A DNA stretch of 64,000 bases from Lineus longissimus (lineage: Eukaryota): positions 22,833,923 to 22,897,922 of the forward strand of contig NC_088309.1 in the NCBI RefSeq assembly GCF_910592395.1. Reading direction: 5' to 3'. The notes beneath the pieces are model-generated. The model made no database searches, was not told the origin of the DNA, and saw nothing but the letters and a program-made list of their open reading frames with translations. A program made the translations under genes and the position numbers. Positions 40,890 through 54,540 of the stretch are shown here, piece by piece; within the stretch, counting starts at the first letter, position 1; each line of letters begins with the position of its first letter.

Positions 40890-42419
40890 TGGAAAAAAAT
40901 TGCGAATGGTATTGAGAAGTATATCAAAATCTCCTGAAAGGGTGCCTCTGGAGGCCAATGACTACTAGGCGTTAATTGTCAGAACAGGAGGCTAGGGTGA
41001 TGTGGATGAGCTGGAACCAAGTTTAGAGAACTGCCCAGGACTGGAGAAAAGGGAGAAATCTTGTTGGCGACCTATGTTCCACTTGGAGTAACAGGGTTAA
41101 AATCTTCTGATGTTCAGAGAAACATTTCAGTTCCAAAATCAACCACGAGGTGGTACTAGGTCTAAATGATTGTCTGACTGTTGATGTTCAAGCCACACCC
41201 ATTCCAAATTCTTGGCACTAATGTCATTAGCCAAGGTATAGTAGATCTATTAGGGAGCCATCCGAAAGTCGAATGTAGATCTACGTCCCTACGACATTTT
41301 CTTATACCTCTTGGTCTTGAACATCAGTGAAATCAATTTTAATATTCAAAACATTGTTATGCCTATTCAGAGAAGCAGAAAGATGAGACTGAGTTGTAAA
41401 AAACTTTATCTGCAAAATAAATCACATTTCCTGCTCCGAGGCACAATTATAACTTCAATTCAAATTCTGGATGTATCTACTGATATAACTCGGTGGTTTA
41501 TCAGGAATTGTCATAGCTTCAGGTCGTGTTATAAAAACCTGATAGTTTTTTACTTTGATATAGTTTTGCTTTGCTTTTTGATCAGATTTCAGCTCGGCTC
41601 AAATTTTGGTTAAAGCCTCACTTTCATATGAAATTCCTTTTCACGTTACTTCAAATAAAAAATTGATTTGTTTGATTTTGTAAACTTTTAGTTTGCCATC
41701 TTTGGTCATGTGTTGCCGTCCAATTTGGCATCTATGCATGTCATCAATGTGTTTTTGATGTCATCTATACTGCTGGTGGGGATAACAAAAAGTATGTGAA
41801 ATTCTAACTTACTCATTTTCTGCTTGATAAGGAGATTCACCAGGTAGTGTTCTTTGTTCGTTTCCATCACGACAAGATTGGCTCCAAGTGCAGCGCAGTA
41901 GTCTCGTGCCTGCTGCCAGGTGGCGTTGAAGTTTGAAAACAGATAGCATGTTTCCCAACCGTCGATTCCAGTAAATAACGTCGGACATTTGTTGGATTCG
42001 CCACGTTCGTTACAGAGAATAGAACGCTCGGAAATTATTCGTTGATCATTGAGGCCACCTTGAGAACCACCTTGAGCTTCTGCATCAAGGCGTACTAAAC
42101 GGCGATCCATCCCTGTTTTTGTCAACTCCTGCATCTTTGTTTCGATCCGCCGGACGCCTCGTAATGTTCTGATTGACAGTGCCTCCATTTGGCGGGTCAG
42201 CCGTGCCTCTAATGCATCCAAGGTCGTCAGAGGTTTCTTCCCGTGGACCTCCTCATCTATTGTGAGGTGATTTGCAAAACATTTTGAAACTTTCATCATG
42301 ATTTCGTCATAAGTGCACTTCCCCCTTGGACCACAGGCTCTCATTGTTATGTTCCTAGACTCAGTTGTCATGGCGACAGCACAGATTATCGTTACCGTTA
42401 ACACAAACTTGTAATCCAT
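40651..42419 (-). CDS. C-type lectin domain protein (signal anchor/peptide + coiled-coil neck + CTLD), 2 coding exons: 41813-42419 and 40651-40889 (alternative acceptor giving 40651-40934)
   Basis: Exon 1 encodes MDYKFVLTVTIICAVAMTTESRNIT... with a coiled-coil segment (LDALEARLTRQMEALSIRTLRGVRRIETKMQELTKTGMDRRLVRLDAEAQ), then the start of the CTLD (CPTLFTGIDGWETCYLFSNFNATWQQARDYCAALGANLVVMETNKEHYLVNLLIKQKM). Donor ATGA|gtaagt. Exon 2 encodes the rest of the CTLD (...ANGTAWWTAGNYQVQSNTWMWATQ...WKNGTPKSETTKCMLLPGDNAHTWISDVCTEPYNFICETSKIMKMK*), including the WIGL-like, W-W-DG-like and C...FICE motifs. The exact exon-2 acceptor is ambiguous between two phase-1 AGs. Confidence 0.7.
41813..42419 (-). 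CDS. C-type lectin exon 1
   Basis: Falls within track ORF 41706-42419(-). The tail of that track ORF (EFHILFV...) is intronic read-through past the gtaagt donor. Confidence 0.65.
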
Positions 42420-43399
42420 TTTGATCTTTGTTTATTCCACTTTAATCCCAACGTGAATTACCAGTGAATTCCAAAACAAAATTATCCTCAATTAAAAAGT
42501 CCTCAATTACAGACGGATGTTTTATTTTGTATTCAAAGTGTCTCCGAGAGCGATATTAGAAAGTTTCCGATAACGCTGAATTGGTATTCACAGCGCGAAG
42601 CCTCTGCTGATCCTTTTGGCAGATTCCAAATCGTTACTTGGTATGTTCACTGAAGCTGAACAAACTATGTAAGCACTGCATAAACTATCCTTTTGCAAAA
42701 AGTATCTCAATTGGTGGATCGTTTATCTTTTTCTTTGCCACTCACAGGAGAACGGTTGTTGGTTAGGCTGGGTTTCTGTCCGACCGAGTTTGTTGTAAAA
42801 CTGTCAATTCTTTTTGACGCTTTCTTGCAATTAGATCAGATACCACATTTTGTTCCGAATGATTTTATCTGAAAATAGAAAAGTTATTTGAAGTTATAGT
42901 GAATTCTCAACCTGAGATATGGAGTCTGAAACTGTAAACAGTAAAACTTTCACGATCATTTATTTCATCATGATTTTTCACACTGCGATTTATATCGGCC
43001 ATTTTTGAGGTGCTAAAGTGAATGCGGTGCACTGAAACAATCAATGGCATCGCGATGAGACTTCCAACACATGTTTTCTATGATTACATGAAATGATCCG
43101 TACCCTCATTACGCCCGATGGTGTCTCTTCCCGCCCCAAGCATTCTTATTAAATCTCGCATTCACTTGGCCAACTTAGGTTACGACTGCTAATATATCTC
43201 TTCGGAGACCGGCGGTTGCTAAGATTAGAGTTTCATATATTGCTCTTGTCTTATGACTATCAATTACAAACACACCAACATCCATATTCTTTTATGATGG
43301 GAAAATGATGATCAAGATCATTTTGTTTTCAGCATTTTAGATACGTGGGCGAAGCTGATGTCTGGAATTGATAAGTTAAGGTTTCAGTGGACTGAGAGG

Positions 43400-43625
43400 T
43401 ATTGGAATGTATCTGATAATGAAGAGTTTTCCATAACCTCTCATGTACTTGTGACACCCACTTTTTTTAGTGCCACTACAGTTTGGCTAATTGGGTTTAT
43501 TGACCAAGTAACTCTTGTCTTTAACCAGAGGAACAGTCCATCTCAAGGTACTTTTTTCTCTGAATCGAACCCTCATGCTCTATTGCATGGTAGCCAGTAG
43601 TGCTAACCACTAAGCTAGGAACCTC
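43400..43625 (-). repeat. tRNA-derived SINE-like element (minus orientation)
   Basis: The reverse complement of 43563-43625 is GGTTCCTAGCTTAGTGGTTAGCACTACTGGCTACCATGCAATAGAGCATGAGGGTTCGATTC, with an A-box-like TAGTGGTTAG and a B-box-like GGTTCGATTC. It does not fold as a true tRNA. Confidence 0.35.
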
Positions 43626-44934
43626 CTCAGTGACTGATAATACAGGAAGCATGGTGGCTCACCCGTGACACTGCAGATATGTTCCAGCCCGATGTTGGTC
43701 GGTTGGTTGGTTGAGTGACTATCTGATAGTCCAGTGTCTCACCCACTGAACCATCAGCTTGGAGAACTTTCAGCTAGAATATTAGAATTCTAGACTTGTG
43801 TTCCCCTCCCATGGCATGTGTTTCAATTCCACTCATATCTCATGGGTATATTCTGACTGTCAGCTTTTGACACTAAATCTGGTAAGCACCATGAACTGAA
43901 TACAGATGTTCGGTGCCAATATTCAAAACTCAAATTGGTAAACTTCTTGAATGACGTCTGCATTGCTTCCCTTCTCATTCTAACTTTCGAGTTTATTGGG
44001 AAGGTTGATACCTTGAAGTTAAAAAGGGGTAATTTTGTCATTTATTGCTGACTAAAACTTGATATGAAGTTTCAATCTTGTTTGTTGGGGTAGGTTTACA
44101 CTGGATGTAATTTTGGCAAGGCATGTAGCTGTACTTCGTGATTTCCTGCTCAACTGCACCAAATCGGATTCATTGTAAACCAGCGCTATGGCTCTTTTAC
44201 TGTACTCAAAACAGATAACTTTAAACTACGTCATTAGGTAAAGGATGGTAATCCATTCAAGTATTACGCTTACCCACGATTTGCTTGTAGTTCGCTAATG
44301 TTGCAGTTATGAAGCTACATGTGACAGAACAATAGAAGGCCTAACTCAGGTTTTACCTCTTGCCTGCATCAGTCACCAAGTGCATCATCATTACTGAAAA
44401 CCAATGTTTATTGGAAATCAAAGTCTGGACAATTAAATGACATATGATTTTAAATCGTATTTGTATGATCAGGTAAATGATTGGTGCGGTGATACCGGTG
44501 CATCAAGCCTCGTGGGCAACAGCCTCTTGTTCCGAATAATTGTGTGTAGCATTGGAAATCATTTTGTGGAGAATGTGCCACTATCGACTGATTGAAGTCC
44601 TTTCAAAAGCAGGACAGAATCATTCAGTGAGTTTTTTTCTGGTCTGATTGGTGATTAGTTAGATTACATTTGGTAGATATCAGATTGATCTGGATATTCT
44701 GTGGCCACAAATTGGAGGCTAAGAAGGCTGACATGACAGCTTGATATGTGATCTGTTTTCCAATAAGTATTTATATCCAATGGCTCTTTTGTGAAATTTT
44801 TGTTTAAAAGAGCTTTGGCATGGTCAAGGTGTGTGAAAAAGTAGCAAAATGTGCATGACTTATTGCATCTACCAAAAGCCCCGAATGTTTCTATCAAGAG
44901 TCTGAACCTGTCACTAATGCGCCATCATGATACC

Positions 44935-45070
44935 AAACAAGTTGAGTGGAACCTCCCTTATTAGACACCTCAAGGACACTAAATTTGGTCTCTAATTGGT
45001 TCTTTCCATTGATTTTGACTTAAGGACAGCAGTGGTCAAGCCCAAGGGTGTCGCGGAGAGGTTCTTCTAG
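44935..45070. mobile_element. degenerate/partial copy of the same MITE family
   Basis: The sequence tggaacctcccttattagacacc...aaggacagcagtggtcaagcccaagggtgtc... shares the TIR and subterminal motifs. Confidence 0.45.
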
Positions 45071-48000
45071 AGGTTAGATTTGAACTCATCATAAAAGCTA
45101 TTATCAAATAATCTGCTAAGTCAAGTAATTTAACATTTTCCTCATTCTTAGCCATCAGTTACCCAAGGCAACTGATGTCTCTTAGTTGATTACTAAAAAA
45201 TAAATCCTTAGAATCGTGCCTTCCAGTTCAAGATGTCTTTCACAACACCATAACCGGAATGCCGTTAGCTATGACCTGAGATTCTGTGATCGTCTAACAT
45301 GCTTTGACAGTTGATGTAATTAAGTCGAGAGAGGTTAAAGGACATGCTAAGAGATGTGTGTTGGTAAAAATTGTGGAGAGATTCCCTGGAGTGGTCCGCT
45401 ATATCCTGGCGCTGTGACAGCTTAACCCTTTGTCCCAAGAAGTTGAGAACTTGAGAAGTTGAGAAGTTCTTTGAGAGTGTTTTTTGAAGATGAGTGGTTC
45501 TGTCAGGTCAGCTTTTTGGGGTATGTGCATACTGCGTATAACTTCATCGGTTATCTTGAAAACTTGAAATTAGGATTGTTATTGTACTTGCACCTTAAAT
45601 TATTATCATGATACTGTTGCTTTTCAGCAGTTTTTAACTCAATGAGCTCTTATAATCCCATGTCGTTGGTCCGTCCAGGTCCATTTGTAGGGGAGGTTTT
45701 GTAACTGCTTGGGCTATTTTAATAAAATGAAGCTTTAAACATAACCCCTTTGTCAGATGTCTCCTGAAGACAGAATTTGGTTCAGTTGCATCATAAAGAT
45801 GAATTCATGCACCACATTTTCCAATCAATTCCTGCTTCCCACAAAGTCACAGCAGTGAGTCTCACAATTTTATCAAATTTATCGTCATTTTATCTTCATT
45901 GAAAATCATGTTAATCTGTCACATAAATTTAAGATGGGATTCTATTCTAAATTTAATTTCATTTGCGGGAATAAGCTTAGGTTATGGGCAGGGGGTAATA
46001 GCGTAAATGCCAAGCAATGGGATCGAGCATGCTTGCTGAAATGAAGTCCATAAATACCAAGATTGAACACCAATCCTCAATTCGATTCAAAGATGATCTC
46101 ATTGGACCAGTTACCTACTCATTATTGCAAGGCATCAGTGCTGGTGGGAGGGTGGGAATGTCCCAGACTGCCTCTCACCCAGTGCCACCAATTCATACCT
46201 AAGATCACATGATCATCAATCATGTACAAGTATCGTTATTGCGGCCACATCATTTCTAAGGATCGGCCATTCCTTTCATCTGGAGCATGGTATTCGACCA
46301 ACGTGGCTATTTGCAACGGAGATCGCGGTCAGGGTTCTCAAAGATTTTAGTGATTTCCTGTTTTATTGCATGGTGATATTGTATCAATACTTGATAATAG
46401 TGTGGTCTATAGCCCTAAAACCTACCATTATTGCAATATTCATCGACACTTTCGATCCTTGTAGCTGAAATGTCAGACAGCTTTGGACAAATGATTGTTC
46501 TATATGGGTAGGAGTATATTGTGCTTGTCAGCAGTGTTAGTATTGTATAGTAACCTCAGGAAACAGATACAGTACAGCTTGGTGCAGTTGACATAAATGA
46601 AGGGGCAACCTGCACTTTCGATGAAATGGAGTTGCTTTCTGCCCTGAACGACATCATTGTCACCAATGCTAATTTTCTCAAAATGACCGTGATGTGTGTC
46701 ACTGGTTGTCTGAATCTATCTGAAAATGTCCAAGAACAGTGATGCCAAGTACTTATTACCCTCAAGTTAAAAACTCTTTCATGCCTTTGGAGACTGTGAT
46801 GATGAAGCTACTAGTTTTGGAAGCTCATTATGTTTTGGATGAAGACTATGAGGCTTTTTTGGCAGTCTGATGGCCTGCTTGTCATGGTACATTTACCATA
46901 TTGACTTTTATTAGAACACCCTATTGCAAAGTGCTATATTTATCCAAACCAACATCCGAAGATCTTTTGAGACATACTTTAGTTCCTTGTAAATATTGGA
47001 AAAGTTCCCCACAGGATATCATGAGAATGACGCAGATATTCTCCGTAGGCAACCTTTGCACCAGATTTTTTGTCAATAATTCATGGTATTTTACAGTGAG
47101 ATGACAACAAGGTGACATTATGCCGGTCGCAAGCCACAACTACTGATAGTCTATTAACAGATTGGTAATATTGCTGATGTGATTAATATTTCCCTCTTTT
47201 CTGGATGTTGGATGAAATAGATTGATAATCTATCTATCATCTTAATGGTGTGAATTTAGTTGAATTACATGCATGTTGCGACCCGTCCCTAAACTAGGAC
47301 CTTGCCTAGGCAACATAATCAGCTTTATGGAATAAAAGAACAGCTCAGAGTGGGAGTCACTGCCTAGCAAACACAGAAAAAGAACCTTGCTACAAAAGTT
47401 TGCTGTAGTATTCCTGTTTCATTGCTTACACTAAACACTCTGACCTCTTAGTACTAATGATGCCATATTTGGCTTGAGCCATTTCAGCTATTAAATTTTC
47501 GTTAATCGGTACTGCCATTCACTGTTTATTGATCTAAAAAGTGCCCTTCAAGTCCAGACTCTTTTGAATTATTGATTGATGTCATCCTGATGAAATATTG
47601 GATCCTTGGGCTCATGCCGATCATTTGTTTATCACCTTATTATTCGTTACACATTTAAGGCAATGTACAGCCATTAGCCTTTTGTGATATTTGAAATTTG
47701 AATTTCCAGACTAAAACTATAGTCAAGGCATTGATCTTGGTTGATTTCAGAGATAGTAGAACGATTTCCAAACATCAATTTCTTGCTGTGTGGTTAAGGA
47801 TGGATGCATAGATGCATGCATTTGAAGTGATAATTTCTTTAGTCGGGTAGAAACCCAAATAAAATGAGCCCCAATCTGCTACATGTATACAATTTTGTCA
47901 TTTTAAAATATCAATGAAGAGTGGACGGAGACTTGAACAGACTACGGCTGCTGCTCCTCCTTATTATCCTGATTTGATTGTAGAATCCCGACATATTCTT

Positions 48001-48139
48001 CCTCTCTACCCTCAAGCAACACTATAAATACGTACGAATAAGTCGTTTAATCTAATATGGCTGTTTTGATTCCTCATTCATGAACGATGCTTCTGTAAAT
48101 CAGGAAGTCACCGAACCCTTATGACTTTTGTTTACTCCC

Positions 48140-48590
48140 ACTTCTAGTGATTCCAATGTTGATGCTAATGCATCATTTCCTTTCGATTGGTTTCTAATTG
48201 TTTGACAAGAGTCCTCAGACATCTAAACTAGCTTCACAGGAGGTTCCTATGGAATCAAAGGTTGTCCTATTCATTGTTGTTAGTTGCAGACAGGTTCCAA
48301 GTCTTGTTCATGACTGATATCGTCTGCTCGATGTATCAATCGTATTGGTTTTGATTCCAATGATGATGCTGATGCAATGATGATGCTGATAGATTGACAA
48401 AGGTCCCCGGACACCAAACTTAGCTTCATAGGAGGTTCTTTGGAATCAGATTGGATCCTATTCATTGCTAGTTGCAGACAGGATTCAACTCTTGTTTATT
48501 ATTGATGCTGGCTGCTGTCAGTTGTAGGCCTATTGCTTTGATTCCAATGTTGATGCTGATGCACATTTCCTTTAGAAGGATTTCTGCATA
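48140..48590. repeat. ~200-bp tandem repeat, about 2.3 copies (unit begins GATTCCAATGTTGATGCTRATGCA)
   Basis: Units start at ~48141, ~48353 and ~48540. They share the gattccaatgntgatgctgatgca...gacaagagtcctcagacatctaaactagcttcacaggaggttc...ttgcagacagg blocks. Confidence 0.7.
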
Positions 48591-49129
48591 AGCAAGAATA
48601 CAGTCTTTATCAATTCTTAATGCAATATTTCTTATGTTTTAAAGAGGTGGACAATTGACACAGAAATGCCAAGTTGCAGGAGATGTTTAAAAGTATCTGG
48701 TTGCAAAGCAAAAGCTGAATTTGATCATTGAATGGCAATAATCCAGTCAACATTACACCCATATGATGAAGATCATTCAGTTCAAAACAAGGATTTCTTT
48801 CCTTGCAGCTAAGTTTGATTCAAGGATTTTATCAGTGAATGGATTAACTAAAAAACTAGTTGTATTCCTCTTATATCTTAGTGCTTATACTACATCAAAG
48901 ACATCAGACTATAAATGTCGTAAGTTAATAGCTAAGATTTTGTATTTGTCTTTATTGCTAATGCCATCAAAAGATGAAAAGGCAAATAGGTTCAATGTAG
49001 ATCTTCAAAGGACTGGTTCTAGTATCAATTTGATGGGGCAAATGTTTCCCTGTGATAAAGAAATGACTGTGAAAAATGTTCTAGATTCATTTTTGGGTAT
49101 TTGTTTGAGACGTTGGCATGAAATCAATT

Positions 49130-49200
49130 GAATGGGGCTTGAACCTTCGACCTTCCATTCACAAAGCAAATGCCTTAACCATGCACTAGGCCATCAGGAT
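49130..49200 (-). repeat. tRNA-like pseudo/SINE fragment
   Basis: The reverse complement cctgatggcctagtgcatggttaaggcatttgctttgtgaatggaaggtcgaaggttcaagcccc ends in a T-arm-like GGTTCAAGCCCC. The acceptor stem does not pair. Confidence 0.25.
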
Positions 49201-51699
49201 CGATAAGTTTGGAAGAATACTAACAGTCACATTGTCAGTTGGCAAGGAATGTTGAAAATACATGGATTTGAAAATCAAAATTACCAACAAGCTTGCACCC
49301 GGTTGGAAGGTAAATGTTCAAATAATGTATCACTGGTTGATATGATAGAATTATGCCATAGCCTGAAACGGGAGGTCCTTTGTTGATGCGGCTTGGCATC
49401 CAGGACATGGGGCCATAAGTCCAATACCAAGTGCTGTAATTTCAGCCTGTCGATAATGTTGATTGTAATAGAAATGAAATGAAATCTGCGTATTGTATCA
49501 AAACTTTACCTACCTAGAAGACCCTTATTACCAGAGATTGCAGCTCCAAACCTACAGCTGAACTGCATGGTATCAGGAAAACCGGTGAAGAAATTTGGAC
49601 ACCAAAAGCATCACTCAAAATTTCCTTTTATAAGATAATGAAATATTTCCAATCGTGTTTATTGATCATCACTTTTTCTGTGGCAGAGGCATTAATTAGA
49701 TTAAAAAAGTGGATTTAAGATTGTTAATTGAATAAATGATGTTGCACATGCATGTGCCATATGAGGTGAGTGACACAGGGGTGGGCTAAGAGACCATTAA
49801 ACTATTATTGTGGACAAACTCTTACCCTTTGACTCTCTGAATGAGAGGACATTGTGAGGCCGCATTCAGTTTATAGTTCTTTATTGTATATATGTTGGGT
49901 TTAAACGAATGAATATAAATTTTGGGAAGAAATGGAAATTTTGAGTGTTTCAAACATGGTGGCCAAATTACAATCATAATGACTATAGTTTGAAATGGGA
50001 CAGCCAGGTGGCAGGACACATTAAAAATAGGGAGTTCAAGAGATAGGTCAACAATTATTGGTACCACACATCATTTCTCATAAACTTCAAATACTAACTT
50101 GAATAACTGCCTTTCTATTCTCTGGAGCTACCAGTAATAAAGTATGCCGTTCCCTTTAAAATTAACATTACCAAAGAATGCACAATTAACTCTCTAAATT
50201 TTCAATCAAGAACTTAACTTTCAAAGTTTGCTTATCATAACATGAATGAACAGGATTGAAATTTTCTGAATCTTATTGAAGGAAAATGGTTAAGCGGTGT
50301 AAGGAATTTCGTACTTGGGCCACCGCCGAAACAATTGTCATAACTTCGCCTATCCTGTTTTAGCCATCTTAGAAGAAATGCTGCATGGACATTGCCACAT
50401 TTCCAAAACACAGAACAGAAAAGAGAATTCAAACTCCAACGTATCACTTCATATCTTCTTTTGATGAGATAGTGTAATATTCCCAGCCATGTTTATTGAT
50501 TACAAAGTTATGCATAAGCTATCATATGGAAGTTTGTACCAGCACGGCTGTGAAACAATTATCTGAACTACCTAGCTGTAGCTGTAACACCATCAAAGAA
50601 GAAGGATGTTCAAAACTAAAGAACAGATAAGAGAAACTCCAGCTCTAAGTGATTTCTTAAAATTTTCCTTCAATAAGATAGAGTACTATTCCAGCCATGT
50701 TTTATTGATTGATTCGTGGTGTATCTAATAAACATTGGTGAACACATAAAAATCACCTACCTTGTTACATCCCAGTATGTCCAGCATGATATTTATCACA
50801 TCAAGCTCTGTCATCAACTGTCGATGAAACTTCTCGTGTTAAATCCTCGGTACCCCGACAGCTATAGGTCACATGACTGGCACGCTGTGTCGTGTGGGTG
50901 TTCGGTCGCTGGTTTGATTGGATTGATGCCAGAGAGATGATACTAACTCGGCTGGTGGTATCTTTGTGTGACTTCAGTTAAACTGTTGGAAACGTTGATG
51001 ATGCGTTTGAAGTAGTTTAATTGGTTTTGATAGGGATTGGTGTAATGGTTTCAGTATGGAACTTATGATGCTAGAGTTGTGGGTTCACCTCTGTTGGTTC
51101 TTTTACTCTCTTCGTTGAGACACTTTATACCACGTTCTCTTTTAGAAATAACTTCAATTCTAGACAAGCTTTGCTCAATGAAGCATCTTAGTCCTTTGCA
51201 AATTCAATCAGACAGTTTAACTTTAGAAATTTGGCTTTTATTTGCTGATATTTTAATAACTTAGTTCGAGCTTATGTATGTAAAGGATGTTGCTTTTGAT
51301 AACAACTGTAATGGCGCAAGTGGATCTTTTTTCCAAATGTTAAGGAGAGATGTTAAGAACTTTAAAAACTTTGTTGCAGTTCAATAAGGTATAAAAAAGG
51401 CCATTTTGATCAGCGACGGCAAGCGACGAAAACCCAATAAATGCCATTGTAAGTACAAATAAACCAAGTGGTGACCTCCTTAATTTCAACAGTCACTTGG
51501 TCTCACTGGGATAAATTGATTCCTTGTCAGTTCTTATTTGTTTGCAATTTATCACAATGTCTGTTTACCGGAGGTTGGTACGAGACATTGTCTTTATAGA
51601 ATTCTCTCGAGAACTAGTTGGATCCCAAGTTTGATTAGAGGATGTTTTACAGTCCAAATCACAATAGTCATCCCAAATTCACTTCATTCGCACGTCATT

Positions 51700-52030
51700 G
51701 ACGCACGACCCAGTGCGTAGGTCATGCGTAAGTCGAGCATAGGTCGTGCGTAATTTACGCGAAACGAAGGGAGATAAGCATGTCATTGGCGCGCAACTTG
51801 GTGCTTAACTCGCATATACATGTACGTTGTGCATCAATGATGCCAAGCAGGACGGAGGTCAATTGTGATTTGGACGCGAGTTGCGTGCCGAGCACGTTAA
51901 TGATGCATCAGTGACGCGGGATCTCTATGTTTCGCGTGACGCGGGATCTCTATGTTTCGCGTGTATTATGTCCGACCTGGGCAGCGGCACGCCACCGACG
52001 ACCCAATGACGCAATTTACAGGATGTCAAT
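51700..52030. promoter_or_regulatory. isolated CpG-rich island with internal direct repeats (GTGACGCGGGATCTCTATGTTTCGC x2; CAATTGTGATTTKGAC x2)
   Basis: Dense CG content (gcgtaggtcatgcgtaagtcgagcataggtcgtgcgtaatttacgcgaaacg...gacgcgagttgcgtgccgagcacg...) sits in a CpG-poor region. The function is unknown; it could be a promoter or a TE remnant. Confidence 0.2.
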
Positions 52031-54540
52031 TGTGATTTTGACTGTATAAATGTCATGTCTGTTAATTGCTAGACAGGTACTGGGTTTGTGATGTATCTGT
52101 TGTGCAGCTGAGGATACTTTAAAGGCATATGACTTATGAGATCGTCCCTCTATGTGTCAGTTTAGCACCTCCGGGCTGATTGAGGAGGCAATAAGAGAAT
52201 GTAGTAAATGTTGTTTACACAGATCAATATATGATATTTGTTATTGACAAGGAAATCTATCATGTTTCCACTCACGTTGAGTGCACACAAGTGTTCATGA
52301 TCTACATGGTTGTGTGTGTTGAATAATTGATCTTGTTAGAGTGGAAATTGCACCTCTATACGTATTAAATCATTAGTGTAAAGGTATTAGGACTATCATT
52401 AAAAGAGGAGGTTGAATACATATTTACTGTCAATATGTCACTTGTACTGAGTAACTTCACCATCAAATTCCCAGTGCGGGATAATCCAACTTAGTGCACT
52501 TATGCTATCTCTGCTAATGAGTTCAGAATATATTTAATTGTCGCTGCATCTGAATTAGTTGTTAATGAGTTCAGACTGTTGTTGTTGGATAATAACTATC
52601 CATATTATTTAGAATAATAAAGATAAATTTGTTAATACAATTAGAGTTTTGTTGTTGAGATGAAGTCTTCTTAAACATTAGAGAGATTGTATCAAGATTT
52701 GATGGAGACTTCATTCTTGCTGTTGTATATATCAAAAGAAGGTTGTCTGTAGCTGATGTGAAATTGGAGTCCAGCTTCTAATGATTCAGTTTCGATTATA
52801 CCCCCAACTTGACCTGATCAAGGTCAAAGTCTATCTTTTTATCACCGATGAGGCAAATAAGTCTTGTGAAAACTCTGGCCGCATTTCTGTTCATTGCCTA
52901 TGGTAGACTTACCTCCCTCATTAAGATTTTCTGGGGATGCGGTTTTCTGAGTTGATGCTATTGTTCATCAGTAAATGACTGATTTCTTCATGAAAACAAT
53001 GTATAAAGAGATCATCTCTTTGTTCTCGTAAGCTTAGTTTTGTTTCCATTGCCATTATTGTTTTATGATAATTTCATCCAGGGTAACTTTTATCGTTTTC
53101 CTTCTTTGCTAATATCTTTCTTTGTTCTTTCCATTACATTGTCGGAACTCTTTTTTTGCCTAGAACTGATAAAAGAAGGATGCTCCCAATTTCCTAAATG
53201 CAGTTCTGGTCAAAGGGATTGTGCCTTGTCGTATGCAACATATAACGCTCCGGTCAGAAGTAATGTAAGAAGTCCAAATGTCTAGAAAAGTTCCCCTTTG
53301 TACAGTTCTGGTCAAAGTAATGTACAATTGGCATGCAACAGATACAGTTTTGGTCAAAGTCTCTCTTGTCGCATGCACGTTTTGCACAAGCAAGTTTTAC
53401 ATGCTGCCACCTGGAAGTCTCGTTTATTTGCTACTGAAAGATTTGAAATGAATGAGATAGCACTCATTTGCATTTAGCGTGCTGATTTGCACCAACCAGG
53501 ATTATGTGTTCACCCCCACGCAACAGATTAACGTCGCATTTTAAAATCTTTACTTATTGATATTCTGCTGCTGAAATCTGCTCACGGACCATTTAGTACC
53601 CAGCGGTGTGTAGGTTAGTCATGAGCCATCAATCCTACATTAAAATCATTAAGGTTTATCTAACTTAACCACGTATCCCTGCGTATTGATTGTGGAATAC
53701 TTTAAGTGTCATCGCTAACTGGTATGCTTGGCTGCATCAATTCACTCCCACAATGCAAAAACTATTGGGTAAACACTAAAACAGGTTTAGCACACTCTTA
53801 AATTCAATTTAGATATGAAAATTGAGGTGTTGTTGTTAGTAGCTGCGAAGAAGTTGGTCAATTTCTCTATGTCCTCATTTAAGGTTTCAGGCATGTCTAT
53901 CAAGTGGCCCAATTGATCAATTAGTTTTCTCAGTTATTTTGTCTCAATATTGTCCACCGAAATGTTTCAATGAGGCATCCTATTGTCAAAGAGTTGTTTT
54001 GATGGACTCTTTAATCATTATATCTTTTTTGGTTTGCTGATCAATGATCAATGAAATTATCGATCAGAAGCATGGTATATAACCCGAAGACAGAGTTAAA
54101 GAAACTCACTACACTTGGGGTGGTATTGGTTTTGACAAGTCATTTGACGTGACAAAAAACCTCTCAGCAGAAAACAGAAATCTTTAAGGTCATGAACCAA
54201 TCTAGCTTTCTTCTTGGTTTGCTTCTACCACCTTATTAAATGCCAAGTGCTGTCATAATGTCAAGACTCAGGTCGTAGTATGAGGGCTGACATCAGGCAG
54301 GAAGCGACCAGGCACAAGATCGAACAAATTGCCTTATTCGCCTCGTTTCATTTAATTCTCACGCCACTTGAACAACAAACTTCGTAGTGTTGTCTTTGGT
54401 GGGAGTTTTATATCTTGACCTTTTATTGTTCAGCACATAAAGGTAGCAATGGCACTTGATAACATGAAAATGCATGATGGTCATCGATTATTACCACTGG
54501 TTGGTTTAATCCCCGGTTTGATCATCACTATCATCTTCAG

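Noticed and set aside
41800-41850. Apparent 1-nt disagreement between my manual base indexing and the ORF-track frame near 41820 (extra C at a line break)
   Set aside because: It is most likely my own counting error when reading the wrapped text, because the track start and stop coordinates (42419/41706) verify exactly. It is not evidence of a real frameshift.
49130-49200. Possible bona fide tRNA gene
   Set aside because: The acceptor and anticodon stems do not pair. It is treated as a SINE or tRNA pseudogene fragment.
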